Shown piece after piece: positions 27,093-34,947 of a stretch of DNA of 34,947 nt (positions are counted from its first letter, which is position 1; every line of letters starts with the position of its first letter). The stretch lies in UHGV virus genome UHGV-0108399; one strand, 5' to 3'. The stretch comes from a virus. A model generated the notes under the pieces. That model did not search any database and was not told where the DNA came from. It saw only the letters and a program-made list of their open reading frames with translations. A program made the translations under genes and the position numbers.

Positions 27093-28510
27093 TGCCTATT
27101 CAGAAACTTCCGCTTATGAAAGGTGTCGGCAAAGACTTCCGAAACGCCGATTATATCGACTATCTGCCAGTGAATATGTTGGCTACACCCAAAGAAATCC
27201 TCAACAGTAGCGGATATCTTCGCTCATTCCCGGGCATTGCCAAACGTTCTGATGTGAACGGTGTATCTCGAGGCGTCGAGTACAACATGGCGCAGAGTGC
27301 TGTTTATCGCGTGTGCGGGGGCAAGCTGTATAAGGGCGAAAGCGAAGTCGGTGATGTTGCCGGAAGTGGTCGTGTATCAATGGCGCATGGTCGGACATCA
27401 CAGGCGGTAGGCGTTAATGGTCAACTGGTCGAGTATCGCTATGATGGCACGGTTAAAACAGTCTCAAACTGGCCTACAGACAGCGGATTCACTCAGTATG
27501 AGTTAGGTTCAGTCCGCGACATTACACGCTTACGTGGGCGTTATGCGTGGTCAAAAGACGGCACGGATTCATGGTTTATCACTGACCTTGAAGACGAATC
27601 GCATCCTGACCGTTACAGCGCACAATATCGCGCAGAATCGCAGCCGGACGGCATCATCGGCATAGGTACATGGCGAGACTTCATCGTCTGTTTTGGTTCA
27701 TCGACGATTGAATATTTTTCCCTGACTGGTGCAACCACCGTTGGTGCTGCTTTGTATGTCGCACAGCCATCGCTGATGGTGCAGAAAGGCATTGCCGGAA
27801 CCTACTGCAAAACGCCGTTTGCTGATTCCTATGCGTTCATCAGCAATCCGGCAACAGGTGCTCCGTCTGTATACATCATCGGATCCGGTCAGGTTTCACC
27901 AATCGCCAGCGCGAGCATTGAGAAAATTCTCCGCTCCTACACTGCTGATGAACTGGCTGATGGCGTGATGGAATCGCTGCGATTTGATGCTCATGAGTTG
28001 CTGATTATCCACCTTCCGCGCCACGTCCTCGTGTATGACGCATCTTCAAGCGCTAATGGTCCGCAATGGTGTGTGCTGAAAACAGGCATGTATGACGATG
28101 TGTACCGCGCTATCGACTTCATTTACGAAGGCAATCAGATAACGTGCGGCGATAAGCTGGAGTCCGTGACCGGGAAATTGCAGTTCGATATCAGCAGTCA
28201 GTATGGTCTTCAACAGGAACACCTGCTGTTTACTCCGTTGTTCAAAGCGGATAACGCCAGATGCTTCGATCTGGAGGTGGAATCATCCACTGGCGTAGCT
28301 CAGTACGCCGACCGCCTGTTCCTTTCTGCAACCACTGACGGCATAAATTACGGGCGTGAGCAGATGATTGAGCAGAATGAACCGTTCGTTTACGACAAAC
28401 GCGTTTTGTGGAAGCGTGTCGGGCGAATCAGGAAAAATGTCGGCTTCAAACTTCGCGTTATCACGAAGTCACCTGTAACTCTGTCTGGCGCTCAGATAAG
28501 GATTGAGTAA
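27092..28510 (+). CDS. Tail hub / head-completion protein (P22 gp10-like)
   Basis: 472 aa, same length and position as P22 gp10. Confidence 0.85.
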   Translation: MPIQKLPLMKGVGKDFRNADYIDYLPVNMLATPKEILNSSGYLRSFPGIAKRSDVNGVSRGVEYNMAQSAVYRVCGGKLYKGESEVGDVAGSGRVSMAHGRTSQAVGVNGQLVEYRYDGTVKTVSNWPTDSGFTQYELGSVRDITRLRGRYAWSKDGTDSWFITDLEDESHPDRYSAQYRAESQPDGIIGIGTWRDFIVCFGSSTIEYFSLTGATTVGAALYVAQPSLMVQKGIAGTYCKTPFADSYAFISNPATGAPSVYIIGSGQVSPIASASIEKILRSYTADELADGVMESLRFDAHELLIIHLPRHVLVYDASSSANGPQWCVLKTGMYDDVYRAIDFIYEGNQITCGDKLESVTGKLQFDISSQYGLQQEHLLFTPLFKADNARCFDLEVESSTGVAQYADRLFLSATTDGINYGREQMIEQNEPFVYDKRVLWKRVGRIRKNVGFKLRVITKSPVTLSGAQIRIE

Positions 28511-29211
28511 TGGCGGATTCATCACTGAATAATCCTGTCGCGGTTCAGGCTACGCGCCTTGATGCTTCAATTTTGCCACGCAATATATTCAGCCAGTCTT
28601 ACCTGCTGTATGTCATAAATCAGGGTGCTGATGTCGGTGCAATTGCCGGGAAGGCAAATCATGCTGGTCAGGGCGCTTACGAAGCCCAGGTAAAAAACGA
28701 TGAACAGGACGTCGAACTGGCTGATCACGACGCAAGAATCACCGCAAACACAAAAGCGATAAATCTCCTTGAGGTCAGGTTAACAACCGCCGAAGGGAAG
28801 ATAGTCGTACTGCGTAGCGATGTTGATTACTTGCTGGATGAGGTTATCGATATTCAGGCGCATCTGGTCACTGTTGACAAAAGACTGGATAGCGTAGAAA
28901 GCGATGTATCTGACATTAAGAGTGATTACGTATCAAAAACTGTAACCGAATCGCAGTCTCTTGCGTCACCGCTGGATGTAAAAACATCATATTCAGTTGA
29001 TGGAATTCAGGTCGTTGGAGCAAGGCATACCGGATGGACAGCGGCCACAGGCACACCACTTCTTGGCTCATTCAACGCTAACCAGTCATACACAGTCGGC
29101 ACTACGTACACACAATCCGAAGTCGCAGCTATCGCTACAGGTTTGCAGCAGGCGCGGCAGCGTATTCTGGCGCTTGAAACAGCACTTAGATTACATGGGC
29201 TGATTGACTGA
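28510..29211 (+). CDS. Tail needle (P22 gp26-like)
   Basis: 233 aa, same length as P22 gp26; conserved N- and C-terminal tips, variable coiled-coil core. Confidence 0.85.
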   Translation: MADSSLNNPVAVQATRLDASILPRNIFSQSYLLYVINQGADVGAIAGKANHAGQGAYEAQVKNDEQDVELADHDARITANTKAINLLEVRLTTAEGKIVVLRSDVDYLLDEVIDIQAHLVTVDKRLDSVESDVSDIKSDYVSKTVTESQSLASPLDVKTSYSVDGIQVVGARHTGWTAATGTPLLGSFNANQSYTVGTTYTQSEVAAIATGLQQARQRILALETALRLHGLID

Positions 29212-29666
29212 TGATTACATTCAAACCAACGCGAAACATCGACCTGATAGAAGCCGTGGGAAATCACCCCGACATTATCGCCGGGAGCAACAACGGTGAT
29301 GGATACGACTACAAACCTGAATGCCGTTACTTTGAGGTGAACGTGCACGGGCAGTTCGGCGGAATTGTTTACTATCAGGAGATTCAGCCACTGACATTCG
29401 ATTGCCACGCCATGTACCTGCCAGAGGTTCGTGGATTCAGCAAGGAAATCGGGCTGGCGTTCTGGCGATACATTCTGACCAACACCACCGTTCAGTGCGT
29501 CACATCATTTGCTGCACGCAAATTCCGCCACGGGCAGATGTACTGCGCAATGATTGGCCTTAAGCGTGTAGGAACCATCAAGAAATACTTCAAAGGCGTG
29601 GATGACGTGACGTTTTACAGCGCCACACGCGAAGAACTAATCGACTTCCTGAATCACGGGAGATAG
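29211..29666 (+). CDS. Virion assembly protein (P22 gp14 position)
   Basis: 151 aa between the tail needle and ejection proteins; assigned by synteny. Confidence 0.6.
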   Translation: MITFKPTRNIDLIEAVGNHPDIIAGSNNGDGYDYKPECRYFEVNVHGQFGGIVYYQEIQPLTFDCHAMYLPEVRGFSKEIGLAFWRYILTNTTVQCVTSFAARKFRHGQMYCAMIGLKRVGTIKKYFKGVDDVTFYSATREELIDFLNHGR

Positions 29667-29668
29667 CC

Positions 29669-30364
29669 ATGTTATATGCATTTACGCTGGGCAGAAAACT
29701 GCGCGGCGAGGAACCTTATTGCCCTGAAAAAGGCGGGAAAGGTGGCAGTTCTGATAAAAGCGCAAAGTATGCCGCAGAAGCTCAGAAGTATGCCGCAGAC
29801 CTGCAGAATAAGCAGTGGCAGACGATCATGAAAAACCTTGCTCCGTTCACGCCACTCGCTCAGCAGTACGTATCACAATTGCAGAATCTTTCCTCTCTTC
29901 AGGGGCAAGGTCAGGCACTTAACCAGTATTACAACTCTCAGCAGTACAAAGATCTTGCTGGTCAGGCTCGCTATCAGAGTCTGGCTGCAGCGGAAGCAAC
30001 AGGTGGATTGGGTTCCACTGCAACCGGTAATCAGTTAGCAACAATCGCACCAACGCTTGGTCAGCAGTGGCTGTCTGGTCAGATGAACAACTACCAGAAT
30101 CTGGCAAATATTGGTCTTGGCGCACTGCAAGGTCAGGCAAACGCCGGGCAGACATATGCCAACAACATGAGTCAGATTTCGCAGCAAAGTGCGGCTCTTG
30201 CCGCTGCTAATGCCAATAAACCATCAGGTCTTCAGACAGCAATTAGCGGCGGAGCTTCAGGGGCTATGACTGGCGCTGCTCTTGGCTCTATTGTTCCCGG
30301 ACTTGGCACTGGATTAGGTGCGGCAATTGGCGGCGGACTTGGCCTGCTTGGATCGTTGTTTTAA
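29669..30364 (+). CDS. Ejection protein (P22 gp7-like)
   Basis: 231 aa; Q/N/G-rich low-complexity region and glycine-rich hydrophobic C-terminus, typical of P22 gp7. Confidence 0.75.
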   Translation: MLYAFTLGRKLRGEEPYCPEKGGKGGSSDKSAKYAAEAQKYAADLQNKQWQTIMKNLAPFTPLAQQYVSQLQNLSSLQGQGQALNQYYNSQQYKDLAGQARYQSLAAAEATGGLGSTATGNQLATIAPTLGQQWLSGQMNNYQNLANIGLGALQGQANAGQTYANNMSQISQQSAALAAANANKPSGLQTAISGGASGAMTGAALGSIVPGLGTGLGAAIGGGLGLLGSLF

Positions 30365-30373
30365 GGGGTAATC

Positions 30374-31705
30374 ATGGCTACTTGGCAAGGATCAAATGGC
30401 GGATTGTTGGCTGGTATCGGCGGCGTCAACTCAAACGCTCCGAGCGTAAATGACATCGGCAATACGCTTCAGCTTATCAGGCAGAACAATGATATTGAGC
30501 GTTCAGGCGCTAACAATGTTGGGCTGACTGCTTTGCAAGGCCTTTCAGGTATTGCGGGGGTGTTTCAGCAGGAAAAGCAGGCTCAGCGGCAGAAAGAATT
30601 TCAGCAGGCATACGCTAATGCTTATGCTTCTGGTGATCGCGGAGCTTTGCGTCAGTTGGCTACTCAATATCCAGACCAGATTGAATCCGTTCGTAAAGGC
30701 ATGGGATTCATCGATGAAGAGCAGCGTAATTCTATCGGCACCTTAGCGGCTGGCGCACGCCTTGCGTCATCGTCTCCAGAAGCAATGCAATCATGGCTGC
30801 AAAACAACGCCGGTGAGTTAGCTCGTGTTGGCGTTAATCCTCATGACGTCGCTCAGATGTACCAACAGAACCCGCGGCAGTTCGGCGAATTTGTCGATCA
30901 CCTGGGGATGAACAGTCTCGGGCCAGAAAAATACTTTGACCTACAGGATAAAATGCAGGGTATCCAGGTTACCATGCGCGGTCAGGATCTGGATTCGCAA
31001 ACCGCCGCTCGGAATCAGGCAATCACAATGCGCGGACAAGATATCCAGGCGAATTTAGGTCAGCAGCGCATTAATCTGGACGCAGAAACAAACCGCATTA
31101 ACAACGAAAATAAGCGCCTTGACCGGATGCTATCAGCGGAAACTAACGACCTGAAGCGCCAGGAAATACAGAGCCGCATAGCAGCCAACAACCAGCAGTT
31201 GCAGCAGAAGCAGCAAGCGCTAAATGATGGCTACAAAGACGGCATCAACACCCTCACAACCAGCATGTTCACTCTGAACGATATCGTTAGTTCTCCTTCA
31301 CTTAAGAGCATTACAGGCTTACGTGGAGTAATCCCCAACGTTCCAGGCTCACAGGCTGCAGACACTCAGGCACGACTTGATACCTTTAAATCACAAGCAT
31401 ACCTGACAGCGGTTCAGGCCATGCGAGGCATGGGCGCACTTTCTGATGCCGAGGGCAAAAAGCTCGACCAGGCTGTTGGTTCGCTGCAGAACTCGCAGAG
31501 CGAGGAGTCCTTTCGTCGCAACGCTGGCGTCATCCTGAACACGCTCAACCAGAAGCGTAATGAGGCGGTTGGTAAGTACGTTCAGCAAAACGGTATCAAG
31601 CGAGTGGAAGCGCCTCAGGCTTCTATAGATTACCTGAAGCAGCACCCCGAGCTGTCAATCGACTTCATTAATCGCTACGGATATCTTCCATCTTTGGGGC
31701 AGTAA
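30374..31705 (+). CDS. Ejection protein (P22 gp20-like)
   Basis: 443 aa; position and composition match P22 gp20. Confidence 0.75.
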   Translation: MATWQGSNGGLLAGIGGVNSNAPSVNDIGNTLQLIRQNNDIERSGANNVGLTALQGLSGIAGVFQQEKQAQRQKEFQQAYANAYASGDRGALRQLATQYPDQIESVRKGMGFIDEEQRNSIGTLAAGARLASSSPEAMQSWLQNNAGELARVGVNPHDVAQMYQQNPRQFGEFVDHLGMNSLGPEKYFDLQDKMQGIQVTMRGQDLDSQTAARNQAITMRGQDIQANLGQQRINLDAETNRINNENKRLDRMLSAETNDLKRQEIQSRIAANNQQLQQKQQALNDGYKDGINTLTTSMFTLNDIVSSPSLKSITGLRGVIPNVPGSQAADTQARLDTFKSQAYLTAVQAMRGMGALSDAEGKKLDQAVGSLQNSQSEESFRRNAGVILNTLNQKRNEAVGKYVQQNGIKRVEAPQASIDYLKQHPELSIDFINRYGYLPSLGQ

Positions 31706-34099
31706 ATGGCTAATTACCGTGATTTGTTAGAGCAGGCTGGCGCACGTTACGGTGTGCCAGAAGGGTTGATGACTGCACTGGGTGCCAAGGAGTCTTCTTA
31801 CGACCCTGCCGCAGTAAGCTCCGCCGGGGCTGTAGGATTGACTCAGGTCATGCCTGGGACATGGCGTGATATGGGTTATACCGATGAGCAAATGCAAAAC
31901 CCCGAATATCAGGCTGACGCTGGCGCGCGCTATCTGGCAAAGATGTACCAGCAGTTTGGTAACTGGCGTGACGCTCTTCAGGCTTATCACGACGGTCCCG
32001 GCAACGTTATGAAGGCAAAGCGTGGTGAATATACGCCAGGACCTGAAGGCCGCGGTTACGTTGATGATCGCTTTGCTCAATGGGCGGGTGACCCGGTGAC
32101 AGACTCAACAGTCGAACAGCGCGCCACCTCTGCAAAGGTACATCCTCAGCAAGACCCTAACAACCCGTTTGCACAACTGGAAGTACAGTCATCCGAACAA
32201 GTATCGGCATCAGGTGTGCAGTCAGACCCAAATAATCCATTTGCTCAGATTGAGCAGCAGGCAGCCAGTCAGCAGCCACCTCAACCCGTAAGTTCTGTCG
32301 CACCGAAACCTGTTCAGCAACAAGGCGGAATAATGTCTGACCTTGGTAATGGACTTGCTGAAACCGGGCGCGGCTTACTACAGGCAGGAATCAACGTGGC
32401 GAACATACCTGCTGAACTCACTGATGCTGTAACAAGCGCGGCGGCTTGGGCTGGCGGTAAACTCGGCATTGGCGATGGTACATATCAACCAGCACCACGA
32501 TTAACAACGCAGGGATTAGAGCAGGACTTTGGCCTTCAGCAAGGAGCGCTGACTCCACAAACGACAGAGGGAAGGGTATTTGCTGAAGCATTGCCTTACC
32601 TCACTCCTGCCGGCGTTGAGAGAGCGGCAACACAGGCACCAACACTTGCTGGTCGAATTGCTCAGGGTGCAACTCGCCTTCTCGCTGAAAACGCAGTTGG
32701 ATCACTTGCTGCAAACAGTGTGAAAGATGATGCGGAAGCACTAGCCACCGACTTAGGCGTTGGCGTTCTGGCTGGCGGAGCTATTAACGCTGCCGGACGT
32801 GGATTAGGTGCTGCTTATCGTGGAGTTCGTGGTGCGATAGCGCCAGAAGCGCAACAGGCTATCAGGTTTGCAGAGCGTGAAGGAGTGCCTCTGCACACCA
32901 CAGACCTGTTACAACCTACTTCCCGCGTCGGAAAAATGGCGCAGACTACAGCAGAAAATATCCCTCTGGCTGGCACAAGCGGAATGAGAGCAACGCAACA
33001 GGAAGCGAGAAGCCAGTTGGTGCAGAGATTTGCTGATAAATTCGGTGAGTATGATCCAGCTGTTGTTATTGAAAGCCTTAAAGCGAAAACATCAGGAATT
33101 CGTCGTGCTGCAGGTAATCGACTTGAACAGGTTCAGAATGCAATGGCGGGAGTCAACATTCAGCCTGTGCGAGCAATTCAGCAGATTGATACTGAGATAT
33201 CTAACCTGCAGAAGCTTGGTAAGGTCGCTGATAACGAGACGATTTCAAAACTTCAATCCTATCGTGATGAGCTTATTCGCAATGCTGGTCATGATGGTCC
33301 GGTAAATCTGGATTTGAAGCAATTAAGCGATCTGCGCAGCCAGTTCAGAATGGACGTGAAGGGTGAGCGACCAGTGTTACCAAATCGTTCCGATGCCGCC
33401 ATACAGCGCGTTTACAAGGCGATGACCGACGATATCAATGGTGCCATTGGTCATAATCTTGGCAACGATACTCTCCGTAAATATCAGCAGGCCAATGCCG
33501 TCTACGCTGACGAAGCGGCGAAACTAAAGAATACCAGGCTGAAGAATGTTCTCATGAAAGGCGACCTGACACCGGAAATTGTCAACAACATGCTATTCAG
33601 CAAGAACAAATCGGAAATTAAGACGCTGTATAACTCAGTTGGTCGTGTTGGCAGGGCGCAAATGCGCAATGGCATCATTGGAAAGGCGATGGAGAAATCT
33701 GGCGGATCCCCTGACCAGTTCCTTCGGCAGCTTAACATCCTGCAAAACCAGACTGGCATCACATTTAAGGGGCAGGATGCTGCTTATCTGAAAGGATTGA
33801 AAAATTACCTTCAGTCCACTCAGCAGGCAGCAAAAGCGGCAGTAACAACACCCACAGGGCAGCAAACCATCCCGTTCATTATCGGGTATGGGACGGCAAT
33901 GAACCCGGCGACAACTGGCGCAGCAGTAAGCTACGGACTTCTTACTCGCGCCTATGAGAGCGAACCATTCAGAAATGCAATGCTCAGAATGGCAAACACC
34001 CCACGCGGATCAACAGCCTTTGAGAAAGCAATGCAGCAGGCACAAAAGGCAATTAACGCTCTGACGCAGGGGGCTAAGTCTGATTCGTTGTCAGAATAG
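31706..34099 (+). CDS. Ejection protein (gp16 position) with N-terminal soluble lytic transglycosylase domain
   Basis: 797 aa; N-terminal SLT motif (GAKESSYDPAAVSSAGAVGLTQVMPGTWRDMGY); long A/G/Q-rich extended region; internal DPNNPFAQ duplication. Confidence 0.75.
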   Translation: MANYRDLLEQAGARYGVPEGLMTALGAKESSYDPAAVSSAGAVGLTQVMPGTWRDMGYTDEQMQNPEYQADAGARYLAKMYQQFGNWRDALQAYHDGPGNVMKAKRGEYTPGPEGRGYVDDRFAQWAGDPVTDSTVEQRATSAKVHPQQDPNNPFAQLEVQSSEQVSASGVQSDPNNPFAQIEQQAASQQPPQPVSSVAPKPVQQQGGIMSDLGNGLAETGRGLLQAGINVANIPAELTDAVTSAAAWAGGKLGIGDGTYQPAPRLTTQGLEQDFGLQQGALTPQTTEGRVFAEALPYLTPAGVERAATQAPTLAGRIAQGATRLLAENAVGSLAANSVKDDAEALATDLGVGVLAGGAINAAGRGLGAAYRGVRGAIAPEAQQAIRFAEREGVPLHTTDLLQPTSRVGKMAQTTAENIPLAGTSGMRATQQEARSQLVQRFADKFGEYDPAVVIESLKAKTSGIRRAAGNRLEQVQNAMAGVNIQPVRAIQQIDTEISNLQKLGKVADNETISKLQSYRDELIRNAGHDGPVNLDLKQLSDLRSQFRMDVKGERPVLPNRSDAAIQRVYKAMTDDINGAIGHNLGNDTLRKYQQANAVYADEAAKLKNTRLKNVLMKGDLTPEIVNNMLFSKNKSEIKTLYNSVGRVGRAQMRNGIIGKAMEKSGGSPDQFLRQLNILQNQTGITFKGQDAAYLKGLKNYLQSTQQAAKAAVTTPTGQQTIPFIIGYGTAMNPATTGAAVSYGLLTRAYESEPFRNAMLRMANTPRGSTAFEKAMQQAQKAINALTQGAKSDSLSE

Positions 34100-34262
34100 C
34101 TTTGCAAACACCAGAAATGTGCAAAAACCAAATATATAGAACGCAATATTCAACTGATCTTTTTGCATAGACTCATCTCATAGTTAACAAATCATAACTT
34201 ACATTAATGCAATGCCGGGCAAGTTGCATCTTGTTCCGCATTGCTACGTCTGGAGAAAATTA

Positions 34263-34947
34263 AATGACAGACATTACAGCCAATGTTGTAGTGAGTATGC
34301 CTTCGCAACTCTTCACTATGGCGCGTTCTTTTAAAGCAGTAGCCAACGGCAAAATTTATATCGGAAAAATTGACACTGACCCGGTAAGTCCAGAAAACCA
34401 GATTCAGGTTTATGTAGAGAACGAAGACGGCTCTCATGTTCCTGTTTCGCAGCCAATCATCATTAACGCTGCTGGATATCCGGTATATAACGGGCAGATT
34501 GCCAAATTCGTAACTGTTCAAGGCCATTCTATGGCTGTATATGATGCATATGGCACTCAGCAGTTCTATTTCCCTAATGTGCTGAAGTATGACCCGGATC
34601 AGCTACGGCAGCAGTTAGAAGACCCGGATGGTGCTAAAAAATATCCCGAATTGCAGATTGCACGATGGCGTGATGACAAAGATGTTCGCGGTTGGGGGGC
34701 TATCAGTGATGGAATAACTGACGCTACTGAGGCATTCTCTAACGCAGGCTATAGAATGTTTGTTCCTGATGGCGATTTTGCAGTAAATACTCTCGAAGTT
34801 GATGTATCTTCTGCTCGAGGTATTGGGAGGATTGTTGCAGATAATGGCTCTCTTATTTCCGTTTCTCGTCTACTTGAAACTGACAAACTTGCGCAGAGAA
34901 AAATGATGGAACCTTTTTTTGGTTTTCAGGGAGAAACAAACACAGAA
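34263..34947 (+). CDS. Tailspike protein, N-terminal part (P22 gp9-type head-binding domain + start of divergent receptor-binding domain); truncated by window end
   Basis: Hand-translated: [41 protein letters not shown] ... [15 protein letters not shown] ... NVLKYDPDQ closely matches the P22 tailspike head-binding domain; downstream sequence is not P22-like; no stop before the window end; GGAGA RBS. Confidence 0.85.

Larger units (their letters stand above)
1..34947. mobile_element. Lambdoid / P22-like prophage, partial (integrase end to within tailspike gene)
   Basis: Uninterrupted phage gene order int ... tailspike; lambda-like S/R/Rz and cI C-domain; P22-like gp3/gp2/gp1/gp8/gp5/gp4/gp10/gp26/gp14/gp7/gp20 order. 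att sites lie outside the window. Confidence 0.9.

Noticed and set aside
34204-34527. 107-aa ORF on the minus strand
   Set aside because: Antisense to the 5' end of the tailspike gene, which has clear homology and an RBS.
1-34947. Looked for tRNA genes, CRISPR arrays and IS elements
   Set aside because: No tRNA T-arm-like motifs (GGTTCGAATCC or variants) in plausible context, no regularly spaced direct repeats with spacers, and no transposase-like ORF or terminal inverted repeats were seen by eye. A proper tRNA or CRISPR scan was not possible.

Overview
The whole window is one contiguous stretch of a mosaic lambdoid / P22-like temperate phage (prophage) genome of an enterobacterial host. It starts exactly at the stop codon of a P22-type integrase and ends inside the tailspike gene. 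Gene order is canonical: int-xis, a leftward early operon of translationally coupled accessory genes, ssb, Rad52-like recombinase, kil, cIII, sieB, N, pL/OL, cI, OR/pR, cro, nutR, cII, O-like initiator with iterons, primase-helicase, nin region (NinB, NinE/F-like, Rha-KilAC antirepressor, YbcO-like, RusA, NinH-like), Q, late promoter and leader, lambda-type S/R/Rz/Rz1, three small post-lysis genes, then a P22-type morphogenesis block (terS gp3, terL gp2, portal gp1, scaffold gp8, coat gp5, gp4, gp10, gp26, gp14, gp7, gp20, gp16-like, tailspike N-terminus). No tRNA, rRNA, CRISPR array or IS element was recognised. I could not identify one clearly novel multi-gene system. The best candidates for undescribed biology are the int-proximal accessory cluster (PD-(D/E)xK-like nuclease coupled to a DUF551 protein), an SSB whose conserved C-terminal tip is masked by a 15-residue extension, the chimeric immunity region, small membrane-protein ORFs around the replication genes, the post-lysis gene trio, and a hexanucleotide-repeat small protein between coat and gp4. 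All protein-family calls rest on my reading of the supplied translations and remembered family signatures, not on database searches. Coordinates I derived by hand (small ORFs, promoters, hairpins) may be off by 1-2 nt.
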